From the IMG/VR virus record IMGVR_UViG_3300029288_000057, positions 192,001-256,000 of that record: a DNA stretch of 64,000 nt. One strand, given 5' to 3'. Positions 1-9,381 of this stretch are shown here, one piece after another. The DNA comes from a virus (Duplodnaviria > Caudoviricetes). Position 1 is the stretch's first letter. Each line of letters starts with the position of its first letter. The position numbers and the translations under genes were made by a program. The notes below the pieces were generated by a model that was not told where the DNA came from, did no database searches, and was given only the letters and a program-made list of their open reading frames with translations.

Positions 1-356
1 ATGTGACCATCAGTCCACTCTTTGTGTCCAGTTATGTTAGAGATTTGAAATTTCTTTTCTGGAAAACTATAATCTTGTATCCAAGTCGTGCCGAATGGCA
101 TAAAATATGCATGTTTACAACTTTTTAATATTTCCTCATCATAGGTTAGTATTGCATCAAACCTATCTTTATTTCTTATTACCTCATCTCGTAGCTTACA
201 AATTGCCTCAAGTTCTTTTACGTGCAAAATTTTAAAACTATCTTCATCTGGATTATATCCTTGAAAGCCGTCAAGAAAATATCTTATCCGCCTTTTATAA
301 TCTACCTCTATGTTTGGATAGTCAGGATATGTAAAGGAATTAATTATCTGTTTCAT
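1..356 (-). CDS. GT10 (fucosyltransferase)-like glycosyltransferase, partial, runs off left edge
   Basis: Hand-translated, not in ORF track: MKQIINSFTYPDY...FDAILTYDEEILKSCKHAYFMPFGTTWIQDYSFPEKKFQISNITGHK; clear paralog of the C-terminal half of 11370..13040 (FDYILTFDETVLEKCNNAHLFEYGTTWIKTPYIYPEKKFQVS). Confidence 0.7.
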   Translation of the reverse strand, partial: MKQIINSFTYPDYPNIEVDYKRRIRYFLDGFQGYNPDEDSFKILHVKELEAICKLRDEVIRNKDRFDAILTYDEEILKSCKHAYFMPFGTTWIQDYSFPEKKFQISNITGHKEWTDGH

Positions 357-2327
357 TTATATTGTTTTAATTTTTACTTCTTCTTTGATTTGGTGAAAAA
401 ACTTGCCCCCCTTTCTTCCATACCAAACAACTTCTCGTGAAAATTCCTTTTTATTGGGAAAAGTCGCATTAGGAATGGTCTCAATAGTTGTTGCCCCCCT
501 TTCAAGTTCACCAATAATTCCAGCTTTACAGTTTTCAAAAAAATTATGGATATCATAGGATAAAAAAACTGTTTTAGAACTTTGGTTGTCGAACCTTACG
601 CTTCTTGCTTTTTGATATTTTATTGTGTCGTTTAAAATTTCTCTTTCTTTAAAAATGTTTGAAAATTTTTCTAACAAAAAGTTTTCTATTTCTAAATAAA
701 AATCATCAATTTTCTCTGATACTCTTAAATACGAAGCCTCTTCGGGAGGCCAAGATATGTTTTCAAATCCTACAACTCTTTGTCCAAAACCATTTCCCAA
801 CAACACCCCATTTAATAAAATGTCTATTTTTTTTAATTCTTTTCCAATAATGGTTTTTGGATTAGATTCCCCAAATTCTATAACTCCTTTGTAAAAATCC
901 GAGTATTTAATTTTAAAATGATACTTTAAGACTATTGCTATGACTTGTAAAAGCCCCAACGTATGCATGCTTTGAATTATCCAACTATATTTAAAAGAGC
1001 GGATATAGTCGGACTGTTTCATTGTTTTAGTTCCAACAACAATAGTCTCCTTTTCGACAACATCAGAAGAGGATTTAAAACTAGAGTGGGCTTGAAATAT
1101 GGGAATTTCAACACTTTTTATTTCGAATTCCTTCTGATATTCTTTATCTCCCATTTTTGCATTTGGCATTATTACACAATTATACACTACAATCCCATTG
1201 TGCTGAGAGTTATCTAATAATAAATCTATTCCTCCAACAAATGATTCATATGTTTCTCCTGGAAGAGGCAATATTAACTCTGTGTATGTAATAAGCCCAC
1301 TAGCATTATATTTTTTTTGTAATTCATTGAAAAATTCCATTTTAATATTTATTCTCTGAATGTTTTCGAGAGTCTCATTGTTCAACGACTGCATGCTTAT
1401 TGAAGCGCCCTTGTTCATTCCTGCATTAGCAAAAATTTGAGATAACTCAAAAACCTTATCAGTAGAATTTTTTGTGAAGCAAACCCTAAATTGTTTTGGA
1501 TATCCAAAATTAATTTTGTTCTCTGTCATTTTTATTGCATAATCCCTATCTCTCTTGAATATTCCGAAGTTTGCGTCGGCACCAAAGATAAAATCGACTT
1601 TCTTTTCTGTAAAATAATCTAATTCATCTAACAATCTGTTATTGTCAAATTTTCTAACTTTAGACTCAGTAGCAGAGCCCCAATCACAAAACGTACATTT
1701 AAATGGACACCCACGGTTTGTTTCCCAAGTTATCATCCATGAATATTTTTTATTACACAATAAACTATCAAATGTTCCGCTTAAATATGGAGAAGGAATG
1801 GTGTTTAAATCTGAAATTACATTTCTGTGTGAAGATTTTACAACTACATCGTTCTTTCTGTCATAAAACGTGGTGCCAGGAATTTTTTTAAGATTATCAA
1901 AATCAAGTGGGGAATACTTTTTTAATATTTCACAGAACGTTTCTTCACCTTCTCCGTGAACAATAATGTCAACAAATGGATATAGTTTAAAAAAGTCAAG
2001 GATTTCGCCTGGAACATGAGGTCCTCCCAAAATTATAAGACATTTGGGGTTGTTTTTTTTTACCTCTTCGGCCAACTTGAGGCTCAATAGCCAATTCCAA
2101 TTATAACAGGAGATGCCTAGCACATCGACCTCTCCTATTTGTTTTATTAATTTAGGCAAAGAATCTCTAATAAAAACAAATTCTTTAAAATTGAATTTTT
2201 TCGTTATTCTTTCATCAGTCGAAGCGTATGCTAACAACACACCAATGCTATATGGCAAATAAACTTGAGTGCCGTATTTGTTGTTAAACTGGACTAGTTG
2301 TATGGAATATTTTTTATTTTCATTCAT
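357..2327 (-). CDS. Cobalamin-dependent (class B) radical SAM enzyme
   Basis: N-terminal B12-binding domain (GISCYNWN, IILGGPH, GEGE) followed by ETNRGCPFKCTFCDW CxxxCxxC motif. Confidence 0.9.
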   Translation of the reverse strand: MNENKKYSIQLVQFNNKYGTQVYLPYSIGVLLAYASTDERITKKFNFKEFVFIRDSLPKLIKQIGEVDVLGISCYNWNWLLSLKLAEEVKKNNPKCLIILGGPHVPGEILDFFKLYPFVDIIVHGEGEETFCEILKKYSPLDFDNLKKIPGTTFYDRKNDVVVKSSHRNVISDLNTIPSPYLSGTFDSLLCNKKYSWMITWETNRGCPFKCTFCDWGSATESKVRKFDNNRLLDELDYFTEKKVDFIFGADANFGIFKRDRDYAIKMTENKINFGYPKQFRVCFTKNSTDKVFELSQIFANAGMNKGASISMQSLNNETLENIQRINIKMEFFNELQKKYNASGLITYTELILPLPGETYESFVGGIDLLLDNSQHNGIVVYNCVIMPNAKMGDKEYQKEFEIKSVEIPIFQAHSSFKSSSDVVEKETIVVGTKTMKQSDYIRSFKYSWIIQSMHTLGLLQVIAIVLKYHFKIKYSDFYKGVIEFGESNPKTIIGKELKKIDILLNGVLLGNGFGQRVVGFENISWPPEEASYLRVSEKIDDFYLEIENFLLEKFSNIFKEREILNDTIKYQKARSVRFDNQSSKTVFLSYDIHNFFENCKAGIIGELERGATTIETIPNATFPNKKEFSREVVWYGRKGGKFFHQIKEEVKIKTI

Positions 2328-3255
2328 TATAATAATTGCATATAAACCAGTCTGTGAAATATTTTAATCCTTCTGAAAAGTTAACCTCTGGAGTCCAACC
2401 TAGCTCGTTTTTTATTTTGTCAACATTTCCACAAGCATAAATAACATCTCCAGCTCTATGATAATTGGTTTTTTTAATAATTGATTTCGAATAAAGCATT
2501 TCTTTTAGCATGACCACAGAATCATATATTTTCATTTCAATACCAGAGCCAACATTATATGTTTTATTATTTGATTTTTCAGAGTTTAATGATAAAATGA
2601 TGGCATCCACCACATTGTTAATATAAATAAAATCTCTTGTGGGAAGACCATCGTCATAAATTTCAATTGTTTCGTTGGATAATAATTTCTTTACAAATAT
2701 ATTAAAAATTCCAGTATATGGATTGTTTATACTTTGCCCATCTCCAAACACATTTTGTAATCTTAATATTGTGTATGGAGACTGATATGACAGCTCAATT
2801 AACTTTTCTTGTACCATTTTGCTTAGTCCATAAACGGATTTTGGATTTAGCGGAGATTCTTCTGACAAATTCTTTCCTTCTCCATAAACTGCTCTGGATG
2901 ATGTTAAAATTAATTTTTTAATTTTAAACTTATTTAACTTTTCAATTAACAATGATGTTCCTATAATGTTGGTGGATGTATGTTTGGTAATTTCAGTCAT
3001 TGATTGGTTGGTTCCAGTTTCTGCAGCTAGATGTACCACATAATCTATGTCATCAGATATTACAAAGTCTAAATCGCTAGGATTTCTAACATCTCCTTTA
3101 AAAACCTCTACTTTTTCACTTAAAGTAGATTTGTTTTTTTCGTGTACTTGTGGCAAAAAGTTATCTATAATTTTAACATCTGAACCCAATTCAATTAATT
3201 TATTTGCCAGTTTAGTTCCAATAAATCCAGCACCACCAGTTATTAAAACTTTCAT
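2320..3255 (-). CDS. NAD-dependent nucleotide-sugar epimerase/dehydratase
   Basis: MKVLITGGAGFIG Rossmann motif, HLAAETG, YGLSK (YxxxK), RDFIY. Confidence 0.9.
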   Translation of the reverse strand: MKVLITGGAGFIGTKLANKLIELGSDVKIIDNFLPQVHEKNKSTLSEKVEVFKGDVRNPSDLDFVISDDIDYVVHLAAETGTNQSMTEITKHTSTNIIGTSLLIEKLNKFKIKKLILTSSRAVYGEGKNLSEESPLNPKSVYGLSKMVQEKLIELSYQSPYTILRLQNVFGDGQSINNPYTGIFNIFVKKLLSNETIEIYDDGLPTRDFIYINNVVDAIILSLNSEKSNNKTYNVGSGIEMKIYDSVVMLKEMLYSKSIIKKTNYHRAGDVIYACGNVDKIKNELGWTPEVNFSEGLKYFTDWFICNYYNE

Positions 3256-3256
3256 G

Positions 3257-3952
3257 CTATTTTTTTTTAAAAAAAGCTAATTTGTTAGGTCCATATATTG
3301 TTGTTGGTAAGTCAAATAATTCACATGATTCTATAGTGTTTGTCAAATATTCATTTTCTTCTTTGTTTAAAAATTGACTTGTGAATTCTTTTGTTTTGAT
3401 ATAGCTTTCTATGGTGTTTACTGTTGTATTGCTTCTGTCGTCGCTAATGTCTAATGGAAATCCATACAAATCTTTAAATTGACCATATGGCCAAAAGGAT
3501 GTGTGAAGGTCTTCGATAAAATACATTCCACCGCTTTTTAAATGTTTAAACAAAAACCCTAAACTTACTTGTTGTTGCCCCATCATATGACCACCATCAT
3601 CAACTATGATGTCTAACTCACCAGTTTGCTCAACAACCCTTTGTAAATCCGCTCTCTTTTGTTGATTGGCGATATAAGTAGTTACCCTATCATTTTCGTG
3701 ATGCTTGGAATTGGCGATGTCAATTGCGTGTATTTTAGCTTTTGAGAAGTATTCATACCACATTTTTAAAGAAGGTCCAGAACCAATTCCTATTTCAAGA
3801 AAATTTAATTCTTCATTTCTTTTTTCTTCCATATATCTATTATATATTGTGGTAAAAAACAGCCTGGGACCATGATTGCCTTCGCTTGGCATAACAGTTC
3901 CTTTGTCAGATGCATATTTATTAGCCAAATCGCTTAAAACGTCTTCTTTCAT
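3257..3952 (-). CDS. Class I SAM-dependent (sugar O-)methyltransferase, MycE/TylE-like
   Basis: SDK, LEIGIGSGPSL, IVDDGGH, IEDLHTSFW motifs. Confidence 0.75.
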   Translation of the reverse strand: MKEDVLSDLANKYASDKGTVMPSEGNHGPRLFFTTIYNRYMEEKRNEELNFLEIGIGSGPSLKMWYEYFSKAKIHAIDIANSKHHENDRVTTYIANQQKRADLQRVVEQTGELDIIVDDGGHMMGQQQVSLGFLFKHLKSGGMYFIEDLHTSFWPYGQFKDLYGFPLDISDDRSNTTVNTIESYIKTKEFTSQFLNKEENEYLTNTIESCELFDLPTTIYGPNKLAFFKKK

Positions 3953-4653
3953 AATGTTGTAATTTTTGTTTTAAAATATTCAATTTCTTTTGATTCTTTT
4001 TGTGGATAATTATCTAAAATTTTTGTCACTTGGTTGTTATGCATTCTAATGGTAACAGACACATCATTGAAGAAATGCGGCGTGCCATATTTCTTTTCTA
4101 GCCTATAGTGCATATCTACATCATTAATTATTATTAAGTTCTCATCGAAGAGGTTTTCTTCGTTCACAAAAAAAGAGACGCTAGGACATCCCAAAAGAGC
4201 GGAACAACCAATGAGGGGATTGAAGAAAATGGTGGGCATCATAATTTGTCGAATTGAGTTTTCATATTCATAGTTGTGTTGAAACCCAAAGGCGCCCCAT
4301 TTGATTGTCTTATCATTTGTTATTGCATTGTCTATTTCTTTTAATGCTTCTTCATTACAAAACACATCATCCATGTGCATTATTTTTATCACATCTCCAC
4401 TTGCTCTTTTTATTCCCGCATTCATATTTACAGAACTATTTCCTCGTCCATTTTCGTTAAAAAAATGAACAATAGTTAACTCTTTCTGCCAACAAGAAAC
4501 TACATCTTTTATAATGTCACTAGTAGAATGGTCTGGAATAACCACCTCAATGTCTTTATGGGTTTGTGAAGATATTGATTGTAGCAATTCTGTTATTAAC
4601 TTATCTCCCACCCCACGTGCTTCATACGCTGGTATTACAACTGAGATTTTCAT
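3949..4653 (-). CDS. GT2 family glycosyltransferase
   Basis: MKISVVIPAYE, DHS, NAGIKRASG, MHMDD. Confidence 0.85.
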   Translation of the reverse strand: MKISVVIPAYEARGVGDKLITELLQSISSQTHKDIEVVIPDHSTSDIIKDVVSCWQKELTIVHFFNENGRGNSSVNMNAGIKRASGDVIKIMHMDDVFCNEEALKEIDNAITNDKTIKWGAFGFQHNYEYENSIRQIMMPTIFFNPLIGCSALLGCPSVSFFVNEENLFDENLIIINDVDMHYRLEKKYGTPHFFNDVSVTIRMHNNQVTKILDNYPQKESKEIEYFKTKITTL

Positions 4654-5474
4654 TTTTTTCTTAACTTTTGTAATATAGGAATTTCTGAATCATAAACTTT
4701 AATCTCGCCATCTCCAATTAACTTTTCCATAGTTCTTATTCCTTCTATTAGTTCATCAGAGCTTTCAATTGATGCTGCCTGGTCTGACCCATACATACTT
4801 CTATCTGCTGTAATATGAAACTCCACGCACTCAGCTCCAAGTGCAACTGCACCATAACAAGCTATAAGACCATTGTAATGGTTTGAGAATCCTATTTTTT
4901 TGTTGGGGAACATTTTTTTAAGGGTTGTGATGGATTCTAAATTTACCTCTTCATTTTTTGTAGGATATGTGCTTGTACATGCCAAAACATATTCAACGCT
5001 TTCTAAACATTCTATTGCGCCTCTAATTTCTTCTTCTGTACTCATTCCAACTGAAAGAATCACTGGTTTTTTTGTTGCATTAATTTTTGACAGGAAGCTT
5101 TTGTCGGTTAGCATTGCTGAAGCAATTTTGTGATACTTCACGTTTAAATTTTGCTCTATCAGGTCTAAACTGTTTTCATCCCAACATGAAACTATAAAAT
5201 CTAAGGAATAGTTCTTAGCATATTTTTCAAGTTCAGCATATTGTTCGATAGAAAACTCCAATCCTTCTTTTTGTTGTCTTGTGGTGGTTCCCCATGGAGA
5301 CTCCCTAGGTTTATCTAATTCTTCTTTTGAGTAAACTATGTCAATAGTTCTTTTTTGAAACTTCACGGCATTTGCACCGTCCATTTTTGCTTTGTCTATT
5401 AATTCTTTTGCCAAATTAATATCCCCATTGTGATTAATACCAATTTCTGCGATGATGTAGACTTCTTTTTCCAT
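4650..5474 (-). CDS. neuB: Nonulosonic acid (N-acetylneuraminate-type) synthase, short form without C-terminal SAF domain
   Basis: IIAEIGINHNGD, AVKFQKR, KIASA, CTSTYP, GFSNH, EFHIT, GSDQAAS. Confidence 0.92.
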   Translation of the reverse strand: MEKEVYIIAEIGINHNGDINLAKELIDKAKMDGANAVKFQKRTIDIVYSKEELDKPRESPWGTTTRQQKEGLEFSIEQYAELEKYAKNYSLDFIVSCWDENSLDLIEQNLNVKYHKIASAMLTDKSFLSKINATKKPVILSVGMSTEEEIRGAIECLESVEYVLACTSTYPTKNEEVNLESITTLKKMFPNKKIGFSNHYNGLIACYGAVALGAECVEFHITADRSMYGSDQAASIESSDELIEGIRTMEKLIGDGEIKVYDSEIPILQKLRKK

Positions 5475-5493
5475 TTTTATTAAGTTTTTAGCT

Positions 5494-5524
5494 TAAATAT
5501 AAAAAAAAAAAGACAGTTAATCAA
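5494..5524 (-). promoter_or_regulatory. Putative Bacteroidota-type sigma70 promoter upstream of neuB
   Basis: Minus strand TTG-N20-TATATTTA in the 5475-5541 intergenic gap. Confidence 0.45.
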
Positions 5525-5541
5525 TTATTTTTTAATTTTTT

Positions 5542-6327
5542 TTAACTTCCAGTTGGTACACCCCAAAATTCACACATTGAACAGAGTGGTACGTTGTCAC
5601 GTAATCCTTCTACATGCAACTTTTTCCACGCTAATCTCTTTTCGCCATTCCATATTTCACTCAATGTTTGCTGTTTAATATTCCCGATAACACCTAATTT
5701 ATTTGGGTCAAATCTAACACAAATGGAAACGTCTCCGTTAACATCGATAGCAATATGATTAAGAAAATCTAAACATATACCAACCTCTGGGATTGTTGGG
5801 GTCTTTTTTTGGTAATCAAAACTGCCCATTGGGGCATGTAATATCCTAGTTATAATTTGAGTATTTAACGCTTTGTATTTTGTTCCATCAACTTCTCCGA
5901 TTAACCTCAATGTTACAAACGGCTTATGACTTCCTTTGAGTTTTAAAAAATTAGTTATAATGTCATATTGTTCGTCTGATTCAACATCATCCTGAAATAT
6001 TGAAATTGACATTGTATCTAATTTATCTATTATTTCATCTGTCTTTCCCAACAACAACTTACCATTTGTAACTATATTTGTTATTTGTTTGTTAAACAAT
6101 TTAACAGCATCACCAAAGCGGCTGTACATTAATGGTTCTCCGTTATTGTGCAACTGTACTACAATTCCTTCTGGAACCTGTTTTGCGATATTCTCAAGCA
6201 AAGAAAATTCTATTTCTTGATTGTAGTTCGTCCCATTGTCTTTTTCTGTTTTTCTTCGGCCACACATCCAACATTTTTTATTACATTTGTTGGTAAGCTC
6301 AACATTTAATGTTGTTAATCCGTTCAT
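5542..6327 (-). CDS. Radical SAM enzyme with SPASM/twitch domain
   Basis: ELTNKCNKKCWMC, GEPL, TNG; C-terminal GDVSIC...IGNI...LSEIWNG...CSMC. Confidence 0.88.
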   Translation of the reverse strand: MNGLTTLNVELTNKCNKKCWMCGRRKTEKDNGTNYNQEIEFSLLENIAKQVPEGIVVQLHNNGEPLMYSRFGDAVKLFNKQITNIVTNGKLLLGKTDEIIDKLDTMSISIFQDDVESDEQYDIITNFLKLKGSHKPFVTLRLIGEVDGTKYKALNTQIITRILHAPMGSFDYQKKTPTIPEVGICLDFLNHIAIDVNGDVSICVRFDPNKLGVIGNIKQQTLSEIWNGEKRLAWKKLHVEGLRDNVPLCSMCEFWGVPTGS

Positions 6328-6335
6328 TGTAAAAT

Positions 6336-7313
6336 TTATTTTTTGAAAGAATATGGAGTTGAAGCTCCATCTTCTAATTTACACTCTTCGTTAAACATTT
6401 TAATTTGTTTAATTAAATCAACCCCAACTTTATCTCCCCAGATGGTTATTAATTTTTTTGTATAATGTCCCATTGGTTTTTTGCCAATTTTAATCCCATT
6501 TAAAGAGCTGACTGGTAAAATTGAAAAAGGGGTGCCAGTCATGAATGCCTCATCAGCAGTATAAACATCATAAGGAGTGATGTTTTTTTCAATACATGTA
6601 ATTTTATGTTCTTTACAAATAGAAAAAATATAATCACGACTTATTCCACGCAACACATTTCTTCCTTCTGGCGTTATTACTGTATCATTTTTAACAATAA
6701 AAAAATTATCTCCAGTTCCTTCGGCAATGAAGCCATTTGTGTCAAGCAATAGAGCCCAATTGTTATCTCCTTTAACCTCTGAAACCTCGATGTTCGCCAT
6801 TTGATAGTGAAGTCTGCTCCTGTTCTTAATCTTGGGGTCTAACAATTCTGATGGAATTGCCCTTTGTGATGGTATGACTGCGTTAATCCCCTTATCATAT
6901 AGTTCTCCCATGCCCACAACAGTCCATTTGAGCGGGAAATCAGCAATAACAATTGTTGTTCCTACATGACCGTCAAATACTCGATGATATATTCCCAATG
7001 GTCCCCTGCTGACATTTATCATCAACCTGTGCTCATCAGTATTGGTGAACAAATGCTCATTCTTTTCAATTGTTTTATAACAGGCCTGCTCCATCTCTTT
7101 TAATGTCATTGTCATTGGTATTCTGAGAATCTTAATTCCATTGTACAAACGTTCTAAATGCTCGCATAACATAAATTGCTTTTTATTAAATGAACGAGTC
7201 ATCTCAAACACCATATCTCCAAACATAAGAGCCGAGTCAAATATTGAAATCTTTGCCTCATCCTCTGGTACATAAACCCCATTTATGTACACCACCCTTT
7301 TGTTTTTATTCAT
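6336..7313 (-). CDS. PLP-dependent aminotransferase class IV (IlvE/D-amino acid transaminase fold)
   Basis: ISIFDSALMFGDMVFE, EHLERL, PKIKNRSRLHY, AEGTGDNFF, LRGISR, DEAFMTGT. Confidence 0.88.
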   Translation of the reverse strand: MNKNKRVVYINGVYVPEDEAKISIFDSALMFGDMVFEMTRSFNKKQFMLCEHLERLYNGIKILRIPMTMTLKEMEQACYKTIEKNEHLFTNTDEHRLMINVSRGPLGIYHRVFDGHVGTTIVIADFPLKWTVVGMGELYDKGINAVIPSQRAIPSELLDPKIKNRSRLHYQMANIEVSEVKGDNNWALLLDTNGFIAEGTGDNFFIVKNDTVITPEGRNVLRGISRDYIFSICKEHKITCIEKNITPYDVYTADEAFMTGTPFSILPVSSLNGIKIGKKPMGHYTKKLITIWGDKVGVDLIKQIKMFNEECKLEDGASTPYSFKK

Positions 7314-7929
7314 TTTTAAATCCTTTTATTAAAACTGTTGGACTTGTAATTTTTTCTTTTTCTCTTAAAACAAGAAATGTGTCAATTTGAAAATATGAAG
7401 AAAATTTGTTATATAAACCATTTTCGTCACCTATAATGTCTTTTCCATAAAATTTTTGTGTAATATCGGGAAACGGTAAAGCCACCAAAAATTCGCCATT
7501 CGTTTTTAACAATTTTTTTATTTTTAAAAACACCGCATCAATATTATCAACAATGTACCATAAAGTGCCAGACAAAACAATTAAATCATATTTCACGGTA
7601 AGTGGAAATGATTCTGATAAAATATCATGGGAAAAAAAATTAATGTTTGGATATAGAAGCTTTGCCTTTTCAATGGCAGTTTGGCTAATATCACAAGCAT
7701 CTAGTAATTCACAATGGTGGTTAATTATATTTGAAATATTTCCCAATCCGCACCCCAAATCTAAAACTCTTTCATATTTTTTTTCTGACAGGACTTCATT
7801 CATAATCCTTATTTCTAATGTGTGGTGTCTCTTAGATTGTTTCCATGGGTCTTCGCAATCGATATACATGTTGTCAAAATCGCCAACCAATTTGCCATCT
7901 TTAAAAACGTAATCATGATAATCTTTCAT
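7306..7929 (-). CDS. Class I SAM-dependent methyltransferase
   Basis: DPW, VLDLGCGLG, DIS...AIEKA, YDLIVLSGTLWY. Confidence 0.85.
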   Translation of the reverse strand: MKDYHDYVFKDGKLVGDFDNMYIDCEDPWKQSKRHHTLEIRIMNEVLSEKKYERVLDLGCGLGNISNIINHHCELLDACDISQTAIEKAKLLYPNINFFSHDILSESFPLTVKYDLIVLSGTLWYIVDNIDAVFLKIKKLLKTNGEFLVALPFPDITQKFYGKDIIGDENGLYNKFSSYFQIDTFLVLREKEKITSPTVLIKGFKNE

Positions 7930-7930
7930 A

Positions 7931-8596
7931 TTATAATTTTTTTAAATAAAATTCACATATTTCAATATCACCTTTTTTGTCTATTTCATAAGATTTCCAA
8001 AAATCCATTATGTATATCCCAATTTTCCCACCTAACCTATTGTTGTTTTCGGACAAAACAGATGGTTTAAAAACATAAATTGACCCATTTTCAAGGTATT
8101 GCGGCTTTTTTACTTGCCGCCTTTCTCTGTTTTTGTAATCAAAATTTACTGATATAAGCCCAAATCCATTTTCTTCCCAGATACAATAATCTTCCAACCT
8201 GGCCGCAGAAAATAATGAATCATAATTATTATTAACCAACATAGTTATTGCATGATTAATATCCTCAACACATCTAAGCGGAGACGTCGGTTGAAGGAAT
8301 ACTACTAAATCAACTTCTCCTATGATGTCTAGGGCGTGTTCTAATGCATCTTCTGAAGTAGAAGTGTCTAATGCCAACTCATCTGGCCTTTTAATTGGCT
8401 TTGCTCCATATTTGGTTGCAATATTGAGAATTTCATCAGAATCGGATGAAACATAAGTCTCGGAAACCAAATTAGAGCCAATAGATTGTTCAATTGACCA
8501 TACGATAAGCGGCTTGCCACCAACATCTATTATGTTTTTGTTTGGAATTCCTTTAGACCCACCTCTTGCCAATATGATTGATACTATTTTTTTCAT
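7931..8596 (-). CDS. neuA: Acylneuraminate cytidylyltransferase (CMP-nonulosonate synthetase)
   Basis: IILARGGSKGIPNKNI, RPDELA, LQPTSPLR, ENGSIY, EID. Confidence 0.92.
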   Translation of the reverse strand: MKKIVSIILARGGSKGIPNKNIIDVGGKPLIVWSIEQSIGSNLVSETYVSSDSDEILNIATKYGAKPIKRPDELALDTSTSEDALEHALDIIGEVDLVVFLQPTSPLRCVEDINHAITMLVNNNYDSLFSAARLEDYCIWEENGFGLISVNFDYKNRERRQVKKPQYLENGSIYVFKPSVLSENNNRLGGKIGIYIMDFWKSYEIDKKGDIEICEFYLKKL

Positions 8597-8612
8597 TATG
8601 TTTAAATAATCA

Positions 8613-8643
8613 TAAAGATAGTGAAATTTATTTAATTTTCAAA
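8613..8643 (-). promoter_or_regulatory. Putative Bacteroidota-type sigma70 promoter upstream of neuA
   Basis: Minus strand TTTG-N19-TATCTTTA. Confidence 0.5.
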
Positions 8644-9381
8644 TTATAAATCTTTATATTCAAAAATTTTCCAATGGGAATCTTTATTTAAATTATAAAT
8701 CTTTATGCCTTTTTTCTTTGCTGAATCGGCAATGATTTGCATGTCATTTAATATGCTTTCGCCATAAGTTTCGAAGTGAGTTAAATCGGGAACCTGTGTT
8801 CCACTTATGTTTTTTGCATATCCAAGTCGATAATTAAAGTCTAATCCAACAATGTATATTTCAGAAAATCCCATTAAAACCGAAAACGCCACCATGTGCA
8901 ATGCAACGGTGCTGGCTGGACTATAATGTTTATCAAACCCAGTGTAATTCTGCAGTTGTTCTTGTATTGTTAATCGTTTAGGGTTAAAATATCTTTCACA
9001 ACCAGCGGAACCGTAACAATTAACGCAATTTTTCCCACCAAAATGTCTCTGGTCATATGGCAAAAAATCGGCCTCTATTTTTCCTTCCAGCCAATCTTGG
9101 CTTGTTAAATCAACTGTATCTGCATAAATTAAAGTTATTTTGTGTTGATTTACAACATCTATTTTGCTTGTGCAATTTTCAATTGTATTGGCAAGAACCC
9201 AATAGTCTGGAGGACAATCTGGATAATAGTCATTCCACGAGTTGCAAGAGATAATTGTGTAATTATCGTTTTTAAAGCCTTTTAATTTATCGATGTATGG
9301 ATTTAAACTGGGACCTTGTGCGGCCACAATACACTTTCCCCCTTTATGTTTGTCTATGATATCTTCTATTGTTAACTTCAT
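8644..9381 (-). CDS. Maf/DUF115 (MptE-like) family putative nonulosonate transferase
   Basis: HKGGKCIVAAQGPSL, IISCN, PDYWV, STVALHM...LMGFSEIYIVGLDF pattern typical of Maf/DUF115 and sialyltransferase-like proteins; adjacent to neuA. Confidence 0.7.
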   Translation of the reverse strand: MKLTIEDIIDKHKGGKCIVAAQGPSLNPYIDKLKGFKNDNYTIISCNSWNDYYPDCPPDYWVLANTIENCTSKIDVVNQHKITLIYADTVDLTSQDWLEGKIEADFLPYDQRHFGGKNCVNCYGSAGCERYFNPKRLTIQEQLQNYTGFDKHYSPASTVALHMVAFSVLMGFSEIYIVGLDFNYRLGYAKNISGTQVPDLTHFETYGESILNDMQIIADSAKKKGIKIYNLNKDSHWKIFEYKDL

